DNA from: a virus
Taxonomy: Duplodnaviria; Caudoviricetes
Virus record (IMG/VR): IMGVR_UViG_3300011337_000466
Span: 1 to 46,219 of that record
Strand: one strand, 5' to 3'
Length of the DNA stretch: 46,219 nucleotides
A model generated the notes under the pieces. It had not been told where the DNA came from, ran no database searches, and was given only the letters and a program-made list of their open reading frames with translations. Positions within the stretch are counted from its first letter, which is position 1; every line of letters starts with the position of its first letter. Shown piece by piece: positions 27,953-36,843 of the stretch. A program made the position numbers and the translations under genes.

Positions 27953-28522
27953 TTAGTTTTCCGCATATTGGAGAGTCAAGGTAACTGTAGCTGTATCACC
28001 TGCTGATGCTCCTGAAGTTTGTAATTGTGTAGTTAGGTAATTTGTATAGCAAGGGTTGGTTGTCATACTTGTAGCTTTACCTGTAGCTTCTGGGCCTGTA
28101 GCACCAAAACATACACCAACACCTGAACCGATTGAGATTGCAGATGTCATGTTTGTCGTAAGGTTTGAGTTTGTTGTTTGTGAAGGAGTTGTATAAAGAA
28201 GTCTATCTCCATCACCTGTACAAGCTGGTGTACCTTTTAGTGTAAGTCCAGTTCCAAATGCTGTTGCTGTGTGAGCAAAAAGACCTGAACTGATTTGGTT
28301 GAAAGTTCCTGAGAACTTACCGAAGTTCCAGATTTCATAACTGTTAGTACCATCTGTAATAGGTGCTGATGAGTATGCTGTAGCATATGTATCAGTACTC
28401 TTCCAGTTAGTATCTGTAACTGCTGTGGAACGTGTTGTACCTTTTGCTGGTGAACCGGTTGCTGTGCCAGTGTCACGGTTAAATTCGAACGTAGCCGCGA
28501 TAAGCCTACACTTGAGCTGCAA
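27953..28522 (-). CDS. Thr/Gly-rich virion protein; start uncertain (no ATG: TTG 28522 or ATC 28501)
   Basis: AATFEFNRD...LTLQYAEN body; the apparent Met1 position is occupied by ATC. Confidence 0.75.
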   Translation of the reverse strand: MQLKCRLIAATFEFNRDTGTATGSPAKGTTRSTAVTDTNWKSTDTYATAYSSAPITDGTNSYEIWNFGKFSGTFNQISSGLFAHTATAFGTGLTLKGTPACTGDGDRLLYTTPSQTTNSNLTTNMTSAISIGSGVGVCFGATGPEATGKATSMTTNPCYTNYLTTQLQTSGASAGDTATVTLTLQYAEN

Positions 28523-28994
28523 TTATTGCAAAATATTTTTCTGCAAAATCTGACTCTTTCCATATTGTCTTTTGATGACATGGACGGCATAGTGTTATAC
28601 CGTTGTTTGTATTGAATAAATTTTCTCTGTCTGACCTGACAGGAATTATATGGTGTGGTTCAAGATATCCTCCGATAACAAAACATTCTTGACAAGTGTA
28701 TTTATCTCTTTTAAAGATTGAATTTCTCCACTCTCTCCATGCTGTTGTTCCTTTTAGTCTCTTTTTCCACAATTTTTCTTTTACATCGTTAGTTTTATTC
28801 CAAGGAATACTCCCTAACTTCGCTTTACTTATTTTCTCCTTAGTTTCTTCAGAGTGAGGTTTACTGTGTGTTGGTCTGTTACCATTCCTTATAGCAGTTG
28901 CCCTCATTTTTAATTTTGTTTCTTGACTATGAGGAGGTCTTTTCTTGCCTAGTTTGGCCATCCTCATTTTCAATCTTGTTTCATCACTTATCAT
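28506..28994 (-). mobile_element. NUMOD3-HNH homing endonuclease
   Basis: HSQETKLKM and HSEETKEKIS NUMOD3 repeats; IFKRDKYTCQEC...LEPHHI...NGITLCRPCH. Confidence 0.92.
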
Positions 28995-29278
28995 TATGAG
29001 TATGAAAGTGAGGCTCTGTTATCCCAAACATTATCGTAGTTACCGTTTCCATCAGCGAATGTTACTGTTAGTAAACTTGAAGTATCAACTTTACTAATTC
29101 TCCATACCGCTGATGCAGTTGACGCGGAGGCCGATCCTTTACCTATGTAAATAACAGTTCCGCTTGATTGGTCAACTCTGAATATGTAATCTAGTGGTTG
29201 TAGCGAATCCTCTGTTGCTGGATTAATAACTTGGCCGAGCGCGTTATCAAGTTTTACTCTCGATACTCTATCTGCCAT
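28994..29278 (-). CDS. small virion protein
   Basis: YIGK...A.TASAVWRI.K...FADGNGNYDNVWDNRASLSYS, a recurrent phage domain. Confidence 0.75.
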   Translation of the reverse strand: MADRVSRVKLDNALGQVINPATEDSLQPLDYIFRVDQSSGTVIYIGKGSASASTASAVWRISKVDTSSLLTVTFADGNGNYDNVWDNRASLSYS

Positions 29279-29279
29279 G

Positions 29280-30131
29280 TTATTTGTACGGTACCCCCGC
29301 TAGTTCATACTTCTCAATAATGAATTGCTCCCTAAGAGCGATATTACTTCGCTCGGTCTGGAAAGCTAGTTTTTCACGAGAAAGCTCTTCTCGCTCATGA
29401 GATATAGCTGCTCGCTCTGCATCAAGTTCTGATTTTTGCATTTGTGAAGCAGCCAACTCATGGCTTAATGTTTCCATTTTAGACACAAGTTCTTTGTACT
29501 CTTTTTCTTTATTAGCGGTAGTATTAGTTGCCTCAAAAGACGCTCGTGTATTTTTTTCTAATGATTCTGAAACATCTTTTGCTAAAGATTCTAATTCTTT
29601 AACTTTGTTTTCAGCAACATCAACAAACTCCTTCATTTCTGAATATTGAGTAGCAAGAGAAGCTTTTGTGGAAGAAAGTGTTTCCACATCTTCTACCAAC
29701 TTTGCTAGATCTTTTCTTTTTGAAGCAATTTCGTTGTTTATAGAATCCAACTCAGAACTATTATCTCTTGTGTATTTTGCAATGTCTTCATCAATGCTGT
29801 TCTTCTTTATAGATAGAATGTTTTCAATCTCTGATATTTCTGCGTTTAATTCTTTTAGAACAACCCTCTTTTCATTAACCTCTGCGAGGAGAGAATTAAG
29901 TTCATCAGTTGATTCTCCTTTTAGATTAGCAATAACTGAAAGTTCTTTTTCAAGTGTTGTCTTAGCTGTCGAAAGTTGTGACTCAAGATCTTTTATTTCT
30001 TTGACCGTTTCTTTTTTTGTCTTTGTAACTTCAGCAAGTTCTTCTTTCGCCTGACTTGTAGCAAGAACAATACCATCGAGTGTATTTTTTTTGTTTACAA
30101 CTTCTACATCCTCTTGGTATATAACTTTCAT
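29280..30131 (-). CDS. long coiled-coil protein
   Basis: E/K/L heptads along 283 aa. Confidence 0.8.
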   Translation of the reverse strand: MKVIYQEDVEVVNKKNTLDGIVLATSQAKEELAEVTKTKKETVKEIKDLESQLSTAKTTLEKELSVIANLKGESTDELNSLLAEVNEKRVVLKELNAEISEIENILSIKKNSIDEDIAKYTRDNSSELDSINNEIASKRKDLAKLVEDVETLSSTKASLATQYSEMKEFVDVAENKVKELESLAKDVSESLEKNTRASFEATNTTANKEKEYKELVSKMETLSHELAASQMQKSELDAERAAISHEREELSREKLAFQTERSNIALREQFIIEKYELAGVPYK

Positions 30132-30132
30132 A

Positions 30133-30534
30133 TTATGCTATTGGTGTGAACACTGGGTGCGCTCGCATTAAGATTGTGTAGTTTCCAGCTGAATATGATG
30201 TTACGTTAGGACAAACCCAGCGTACACCGTCTACGTTTAGAGAATACATGTTTGTTGCCGCAGAACCAGCGAAAGAAATGCCTGTGTTACCTGCGATAAC
30301 TGAACCTGATTGAACATCAACAATTGCAGCGTATACCCAAGGATTTGTTGGTGAAGCAGCAGATGAAAAATCAGGAACTGTATCTGCATCTGACACAGCG
30401 AACTTAATTGTCGCTGTTGGTGTTGATGCACCAGAAACTGTTAAGTTAACTGTTTTATAATTTTCTACATTGAATGCGGTACCTACTCCAGTAGCAGCCT
30501 GCGCACTCATTAGTGTTTGTGTAAGTGTACTCAT
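30133..30534 (-). CDS. virion beta-sandwich protein
   Basis: 133 aa, S/T/A/V-rich, immediately downstream of the capsid gene. Confidence 0.7.
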   Translation of the reverse strand: MSTLTQTLMSAQAATGVGTAFNVENYKTVNLTVSGASTPTATIKFAVSDADTVPDFSSAASPTNPWVYAAIVDVQSGSVIAGNTGISFAGSAATNMYSLNVDGVRWVCPNVTSYSAGNYTILMRAHPVFTPIA

Positions 30535-30551
30535 AATTAATTAATTCGAGC

Positions 30552-30596
30552 TAATTTGCTCTATCCAGCCCCCGAAGGAGCTGGGAGAGTAAACTA
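30552..30596 (-). terminator. long hairpin after the major capsid gene
   Basis: CCAGCTCC-TTCG-GGGGCTGG with extended lower stem. Confidence 0.7.
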
Positions 30597-30601
30597 ACAG
30601 A

Positions 30602-31621
30602 TTATGCACCTGTTGAGTAGTACCAACCACGAAGGTCTGCTGCACCGAACTGACAGTAAAGTGTTGCTGTCATGATAAGGTCAAGGTTTCCTACGAAGTC
30701 TTCACGAAGATCTGAGATATCAAGTGGCATTGATTCAATGTACTGGAATCCAAAGTTTTCGTTAACCATTGAAGAGTCAAAACCGTACCACTGAATTGAA
30801 GATGATCCTGATCCGCCGTAAACAGCAAGAGGGATGATATCAAAAGAAGCAGTTGGGTTTCCATCTACGAATGATCCAGTTGTACCTGGAGTTGCTCCTG
30901 GATACTTTCCACTCTCGAGAGTCTTCTTGATAGAAGAAGCGAGGAAGAAAGCTGTAGAAGAATCCTGGAACATGAATGTGTCAAGCTTTGACATAAGTGG
31001 AAGACCACGTCCGTCTTTCTTGGCAGCATGAAGAGCACGCATAGCAAGAAGGTTTGCAAAACTGAAAGCACCGGTTGTGGTGTTTGACCAGTTAGCACCT
31101 CCGTCTTCACGTGTGTGTGATGATGACCAAAGAGCTACACCGTCAGCTGTAGTTGTATCAACAGTAACAGACCCTTGGAATCCTCCAATTGGAGTGAAAG
31201 AGAAAGATGTTGATGCACCGTTAGCTAGGATTGACTGTGCATAGTAGTTCTTTAGGTGAACAATTGAATTCTTAAGGTTAAGAATTTGAGACTTGATGTT
31301 AGCATCAATCTTCGCACCGTTCTTAGATGTAAACAAGTAGTAGTAAGACTGCTTTGACAAACGAACACGGTTAGTGAAGATTGCCTGAGTGAAAGTCTTA
31401 GTGTTTCCTTGGATAGGAGCATCTGAAGCAGGTACTTGACCGTCAGCGATAACTTGACCCATTCCGAGTCCTGTAACACCTGTCATTACATACTGGAGTT
31501 GATTCCAGTTAACTGTGTTTGAATACTTTGCATATTCCTCCACAACAGTAGGAGCTACCACAGGGTAGATTTTCTTAACGCGAGCGTCAAGAATTGTTGA
31601 GTATGAAGCGACTAATGACAT
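30602..31621 (-). CDS. major capsid protein
   Basis: 339 aa; ADGVALWSSSHT and QFGAADLRGWY motifs of Mu-gpT-like capsids; follows the scaffold and decoration genes. Confidence 0.8.
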   Translation of the reverse strand: MSLVASYSTILDARVKKIYPVVAPTVVEEYAKYSNTVNWNQLQYVMTGVTGLGMGQVIADGQVPASDAPIQGNTKTFTQAIFTNRVRLSKQSYYYLFTSKNGAKIDANIKSQILNLKNSIVHLKNYYAQSILANGASTSFSFTPIGGFQGSVTVDTTTADGVALWSSSHTREDGGANWSNTTTGAFSFANLLAMRALHAAKKDGRGLPLMSKLDTFMFQDSSTAFFLASSIKKTLESGKYPGATPGTTGSFVDGNPTASFDIIPLAVYGGSGSSSIQWYGFDSSMVNENFGFQYIESMPLDISDLREDFVGNLDLIMTATLYCQFGAADLRGWYYSTGA

Positions 31622-31627
31622 ATATTA

Positions 31628-32038
31628 TTATACGCGACGAGCGAGGATTTTCTTATCTGATGCCGCGCCGACTACTGCGAGCTGTACGAATACGCCAGTT
31701 GTACCTGTAACGTCTGTACCAGTGTTTGTAAGTGTTGCACCTCCTGCACCGATAACCATACGCTGTCCATTGTGACTAGCATTTGAGTTGTTATCAGTAT
31801 CAACGAGGTATTCATCTTCCTTTGAACATACAGTCATACTGACTGGTGTTGATCCAGAAGCGAGTGTTTCGTTAGAAACATACAATACTTGGTTAGCTGT
31901 TGTAGCAGCAACCGCAAGTTGGAGTGCACCTCCCGAGAGAGCGTTGAAGTATAGAGATCCTGTAGTTGTAGCTAGAGAAGATCGTCCAACTGAACGCACA
32001 TCACGTGTGTTTTTGATTGTTGTTAATTTAAATGACAT
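31628..32038 (-). CDS. capsid decoration/cement protein
   Basis: 136-aa small-residue-rich ORF between the scaffold and capsid genes. Confidence 0.6.
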   Translation of the reverse strand: MSFKLTTIKNTRDVRSVGRSSLATTTGSLYFNALSGGALQLAVAATTANQVLYVSNETLASGSTPVSMTVCSKEDEYLVDTDNNSNASHNGQRMVIGAGGATLTNTGTDVTGTTGVFVQLAVVGAASDKKILARRV

Positions 32039-32092
32039 AAAATTATAAAACTTATAATGTGGTTGATTGAAACCACCGTGGTAACTTGAGAT

Positions 32093-32968
32093 TTACCAAC
32101 CGAACTCTTTAGGATCAAGACCTGCTTCTTTCATTGTTGAATTAAGTTTTTCGTCTGGCTTAGATACTGCTGGAGCTGATTGAGTTGTTGAGGAGATATC
32201 CACTAGGGATCGTTTATCAGCTGACTCAGATGCTCTTTGGGAGCGTGTGTCAACTTTAGGGAAAAGATATGCGCGCGCCATATCCATAGCAACAAGAAGA
32301 TCTTGTTTAGATGATTGTGGAGTAATGTTGAATCTCTCTACAACAAATTTTTCAAGTACATCTCGCTGTGCTGGATTAGCTGCTATATCCTTGTGAGTGG
32401 CATAGAATTCTTGCGCTGCGGTAAGGTGTTCGTTTTGTCGGGTTTGACCGGCAACTATTTCTTGTACCATCTGAGCAACCTCGTCTTTAGGGACGTAACC
32501 CATTTTGCGCAATGCTTCTTTGGCTTGTTCTTCTTCTGTTGAGGCCTCTTGTGACTGGCTGGCTTCAATCTTTTCTGGTGCTGGTGTGGCGTCAGAAGAT
32601 TTGTGATTAAGTGCAAGTTCCTTTCTAAGGGATTTAATATGTTGAGCTAGAGCTGATTTTTCTTCAGGAGTTTCTGCTTGTGCTTTTGCTTGGCCGGCAT
32701 CGTAAATTTGTTTACGGATGTTGTACTGCAAATCAGATTCTCCTTCATATTGAGAAGGTGGGTCCGAAATCTTAATTTCTGGAGTAACTGGATCTGTCGG
32801 TGTTTCAACTGATTTTTCCTCAGTCTTAGTAACTGGTTCCGGTACTGTTTCCTTCGGTGCCTCTACAGGCGTTTCAGCTTGTTCAACTACTTGCGTGTCA
32901 TTCCCTGATGTTTCTGTCGTAAGCTCTGGGAAGTTAAGAGCGTCGACGTCAAATGTTTCTTGGTCCAT
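32093..32968 (-). CDS. capsid scaffolding protein
   Basis: Acidic P/E/T-rich N-terminus and helical core; has its own TTGACA-17-TACAAT promoter. Confidence 0.7.
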   Translation of the reverse strand: MDQETFDVDALNFPELTTETSGNDTQVVEQAETPVEAPKETVPEPVTKTEEKSVETPTDPVTPEIKISDPPSQYEGESDLQYNIRKQIYDAGQAKAQAETPEEKSALAQHIKSLRKELALNHKSSDATPAPEKIEASQSQEASTEEEQAKEALRKMGYVPKDEVAQMVQEIVAGQTRQNEHLTAAQEFYATHKDIAANPAQRDVLEKFVVERFNITPQSSKQDLLVAMDMARAYLFPKVDTRSQRASESADKRSLVDISSTTQSAPAVSKPDEKLNSTMKEAGLDPKEFGW

Positions 32969-33038
32969 ACTACACTCGTATCGCGGAGGTTCGCGTATTG
33001 ATTAAATTGTAATACATTAATAATATTTTGTCAAGTAA

Positions 33039-33566
33039 CTAGTATACTTTTCTCTCTTCAGCTTTTACATCAAGATGCTTAAGAATCTTTGATGCCTGCT
33101 TCTTGAAATAATCGACTTCAAATGATGAAGGTCTTCCTTGTCCACCTGTAAATACAACGCTTCTTGTGTCGTATCTAATAAGACGATCTGTGAAATCTCC
33201 ATTAGAAAACTCGTGTTCAGTTAATACTTTTGGAATGAGAAGTGTATAGATGTTTGTGAGGTCGTGCTTGAACAAAAGTACTTCTGGGTATTTCAAAAAT
33301 ACTTCATTCTTTACAACAGACTCTACTCTGTCTTCTGGTAAAAGAGTTCCAACAGCTTTAGGAAAGTACACAGGCACCTTGCCTTCTCGGAAGTACTTCA
33401 CTGGGTCATTATCTCCTAGAAATTTCTTTACTTCTGGTGTTGATAAGTACAACTTGACACGTGTTGTTTTGTATGGTCCTGCCTCTGTAGGTTCTACAAG
33501 GTCTTCAAAACCATCGTATTCAATAACGGATTCATTAATAATTTCTTCTTTTGATGCTTGTTTCAT
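33039..33566 (-). CDS. hypothetical protein
   Basis: 175-aa ORF in the head operon. Confidence 0.75.
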   Translation of the reverse strand: MKQASKEEIINESVIEYDGFEDLVEPTEAGPYKTTRVKLYLSTPEVKKFLGDNDPVKYFREGKVPVYFPKAVGTLLPEDRVESVVKNEVFLKYPEVLLFKHDLTNIYTLLIPKVLTEHEFSNGDFTDRLIRYDTRSVVFTGGQGRPSSFEVDYFKKQASKILKHLDVKAEERKVY

Positions 33567-33582
33567 AGTTTTTAGCTAGTTT

Positions 33583-34125
33583 TTATAATTCTTCCTTAGT
33601 CTCCTCGGAAGTTTCTTCTCTGGCTTTCTTAAGGGCCTCGAGTTGTGGCTTGAAAAACTTCTCTGTGAATTCTTTTGATTGTTCTTGTAGTGTTGTTTTA
33701 GCTTCTTCAAACTCTTCGATTGGTACCTTAATGACTTCCTTGCCTTTAATAGTACAAAGGCGGAGAGCTTCCATAACAAGAGCGATACCGAGTGGTATTT
33801 GCATTGGTGCGAAGAACTGCACAAGTTCTCCCTCTTTTATATCTTTACTTGCATTGAAGTAAATAGGTACCGCAGCTTCTGCTGTTGGTACAAAAGAAGT
33901 GTCAGCAGTAGTTAGCGCTGCCGCAAGATCTTTTTGTTTAAATTGCTCTCGAATAATTGCAAGAATGTCTTCTGATGACACAATAACGTGATCTTTTCCT
34001 TTTGGTGTTATTTTAATTAACTCACGCTCGACTGCTTCGTCATCGTATTTAATGTCAATACGAATGTCGTCGTTTTCAAAAAAGCTTCCTTGTTTGTTTT
34101 TATTTCTGTGGAGTAGTTTTGTCAT
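33583..34125 (-). CDS. hypothetical protein
   Basis: TAATATG-coupled start at 34125. Confidence 0.75.
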   Translation of the reverse strand: MTKLLHRNKNKQGSFFENDDIRIDIKYDDEAVERELIKITPKGKDHVIVSSEDILAIIREQFKQKDLAAALTTADTSFVPTAEAAVPIYFNASKDIKEGELVQFFAPMQIPLGIALVMEALRLCTIKGKEVIKVPIEEFEEAKTTLQEQSKEFTEKFFKPQLEALKKAREETSEETKEEL

Positions 34126-34126
34126 A

Positions 34127-34351
34127 TTATACAACTGCTTTTATTATTTTTATTAAACTACCACTTTTAAGATTAACGATTGTTCCACTGACCGGATCAA
34201 CAAGTTGTAAAACATGTGGCTTTCTTTTTTCGTCATACGGATTATAGTCTCCATCTGTGTGCATCTCCCACATACACTGGTCTGTGAGAAGATATGCTTT
34301 ATCTTTTTTAGGTGTAAATTTTTTTTCAAAATCTTTAACTAGTTTTGTCAT
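34127..34351 (-). CDS. hypothetical protein
   Basis: 74 aa, TAATG coupling. Confidence 0.7.
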   Translation of the reverse strand: MTKLVKDFEKKFTPKKDKAYLLTDQCMWEMHTDGDYNPYDEKRKPHVLQLVDPVSGTIVNLKSGSLIKIIKAVV

Positions 34352-34587
34352 TAATTTATTTTATTAGGAAGTACACCATTATTAATAACAAACTGAGTTA
34401 ATTTTCTTTGTAGATCATCTATAGCTTGTACACCAGCAACATGGACAATTGTTGTGAACTCATCGTCTTGTATCCATTCACCATAAGGCACTCTTAGATG
34501 ATTAATTACAGCACAAATAGCCGGAAGTTTATCCAGCGTAAATATTTCTTGTATTTGGGATTCGTATTGTTTTAGGTTTTCGTTCAT
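34351..34587 (-). CDS. hypothetical protein after the portal gene
   Basis: 78-aa helical ORF. Confidence 0.7.
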   Translation of the reverse strand: MNENLKQYESQIQEIFTLDKLPAICAVINHLRVPYGEWIQDDEFTTIVHVAGVQAIDDLQRKLTQFVINNGVLPNKIN

Positions 34588-34661
34588 AATCGTATCGTGA
34601 TTAGCTTCGAGTAAATTGTTTGAATTGTTAGGAATTTCCTAATAACTCTTTTAGGGAAACG

Positions 34662-36797
34662 CTATGATGCAGCTCTCCCTATACTTGCTTGTACAGCCGC
34701 GTTCATTGGTGATTGATTGAGTGCTCGTTCTTGTGGAGCTGGTGCTTGTGTTGGATTAGTCCCATCTGGCATCACACCTCCTGCTGGGCCTCCTTGCATT
34801 GGCTGACCGTCTGGTCCCATTACAAAAGGCTTAACCATGCCTCCTTGCATAATCATGTCGTACTGTTGCTTTGGTATATAATTAAAGATATTTTCTTTTT
34901 GTACTTCCAAGAACGTCTTAAGTGATGTGAGTTGTGATACAGCTTGAATAGGATCTGCTTTAGCAAGACCAAAGATGAGTTGAAGAGAACTCTGGATAAG
35001 AGGGAACAACTGCATTGCGGTTTGCTTCTGTATTTCAGCAGAAGGAAGAAGCATTGAGTTTGGATCAATCTTTAATATTACTTTATCGTAACCAATTTTG
35101 TCAGGTGTCTCTAGATTATAAATGCTTGATAGCATTGATGACTTAGAAATTGTTATTTGTGGTGATCCAAACTCTTGCATTTTTTGATCCGCAAAATCTG
35201 ATTCACTAAGTCCGTCTTGTGAGTAGTCAAATGAAACAGGAACTCTCTGAGATGAAAACACTGATATTGAAGCTGGTACTTTTAGAGGTACACCGTATTC
35301 ATCGAGTTCGTCTGAATCAACTTCTTCTACGTTGCCTTCTTCGTGATGGAATGCAGGGTTAGCTGCAACGAATGCTTGTACTTCATCTTCGTTTGAGAAA
35401 ATAAATTCACGTGGATTAACTTGATCTTGTTCAAGCCAAGAGAAGAATATACACGCGTCATTCTCGATCATCTGCTTAAGAGAGTTACGAGGAATGATAA
35501 GGCGATTAAGAGCTGCTTCCTTGAGGATAACGGTAGCGCCAAGAGTTGTCTCGGATGATGAACCAGATACGATGTTATTGACACCTGTGTTTTCTTCGAT
35601 GTCTCTCTTTTGTGCATCAGCGTAGTTGATGCCAAGGGTTACGTTGCCGGTTGTAAGAATCTTCTCAAGCTTTGCTCCATTAGGGAGTTGATTAATTCTG
35701 TTAGCTCCTCGCTTGTAAGACAAATCACCATTTCCTGTAATACCTGAAGCAAACAATAGAGGTTCTACTTCAGCAACAACCTGCTCAGCGTTGATTGAGT
35801 TAATGTAGTTATAGATAGCTGCATTACCACGAATCATTTCGTACAAACCTACAGTATATGGGTTCTTCTGGTTAGCAATAAAGCAGTGCCCAACAACAAC
35901 AGAACCATAAACTTCATCATTCGGCATTTCACCGTCATAGAAACAAATGTTATCAGAAGCAATTATGTATCTATTGTCAGAAGGGTTCTCGTAGAATGTA
36001 AGTGTTACGTGTGTGGTTGTTTTTTCTGAGTCTTCATTCTGTGCTTCAATTGAAACACTCGCAGATTCTTTTGACCTCTTACCCATTCTTTTTTTCAACT
36101 TCTCGTAGTCTTCTTTTGTGATGTCGATCTCGTACAGTACTTCTGGACGGTTTACGTTATGAGTTGGTTTGTAACTTAGTCCAAGCCATGTGCGACGAGG
36201 ATCAAGAGGTTCACGATATACATCATCAAATACAATCTTCTTTGTTTTTTTACCGTTGATTGTTTTATCAACAACATCTTGCTTTGGATAAATTCTCCAA
36301 GCACCCCATCCATATGTAAAAATATTTTGTGTTGTTGTCTGGATTGTCATCTGAGCATTCATCTCAGGGATTTCCATACTACGCTTCCATAATTCTTTGT
36401 ACGCACGAGCTTTTATCTTGTTGGTCGAGTATGTCTCACCATCTGGAATATTAGCTGCAATAGCAGAAGCAGCTACGAGGATCTTTGAGAAAGCAAGAGG
36501 TTCAGCAGCGCGAGGCACGTTGGAAACATCTTGTTCCATCCCAGAGATACGAGGGAAAACTGCCCAGTCGGTAGAACCGTCTGATCGTAGTGTTGGCCAA
36601 TATACCATTGTACGAGTTGACTCATCAATCTTACGTTTTACTACGCCTGTATTGATAAGATTTTGCTCTATTTCTAAACAAAGTGAATCGAATTCACGTC
36701 GGTATTTATTTTCTTTAAGCTCAGATTTCTTCTTTACAAGGAAACTAATTGATTTATTGGTAGGAGATTTTGACTTATCTTGTGATTGGTCTTGCAT
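34662..36797 (-). CDS. portal protein
   Basis: ~710 aa directly after terL; DIEENTGVNNIVSG...TLGAT motif; Q/P/M-rich tail; leaderless ATG at 36797. Confidence 0.85.
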   Translation of the reverse strand: MQDQSQDKSKSPTNKSISFLVKKKSELKENKYRREFDSLCLEIEQNLINTGVVKRKIDESTRTMVYWPTLRSDGSTDWAVFPRISGMEQDVSNVPRAAEPLAFSKILVAASAIAANIPDGETYSTNKIKARAYKELWKRSMEIPEMNAQMTIQTTTQNIFTYGWGAWRIYPKQDVVDKTINGKKTKKIVFDDVYREPLDPRRTWLGLSYKPTHNVNRPEVLYEIDITKEDYEKLKKRMGKRSKESASVSIEAQNEDSEKTTTHVTLTFYENPSDNRYIIASDNICFYDGEMPNDEVYGSVVVGHCFIANQKNPYTVGLYEMIRGNAAIYNYINSINAEQVVAEVEPLLFASGITGNGDLSYKRGANRINQLPNGAKLEKILTTGNVTLGINYADAQKRDIEENTGVNNIVSGSSSETTLGATVILKEAALNRLIIPRNSLKQMIENDACIFFSWLEQDQVNPREFIFSNEDEVQAFVAANPAFHHEEGNVEEVDSDELDEYGVPLKVPASISVFSSQRVPVSFDYSQDGLSESDFADQKMQEFGSPQITISKSSMLSSIYNLETPDKIGYDKVILKIDPNSMLLPSAEIQKQTAMQLFPLIQSSLQLIFGLAKADPIQAVSQLTSLKTFLEVQKENIFNYIPKQQYDMIMQGGMVKPFVMGPDGQPMQGGPAGGVMPDGTNPTQAPAPQERALNQSPMNAAVQASIGRAAS

Positions 36798-36843
36798 TAT
36801 GCAATAATAACACATTTATTGACAATTTGTCAATGTTAATGCG

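Noticed and set aside
36798-36815. MCYYCI N-terminus of portal (and MCYYKQ of terL)
   Set aside because: These codons are the extended -10 promoter sequence; the real starts are probably 36797 and 38565.
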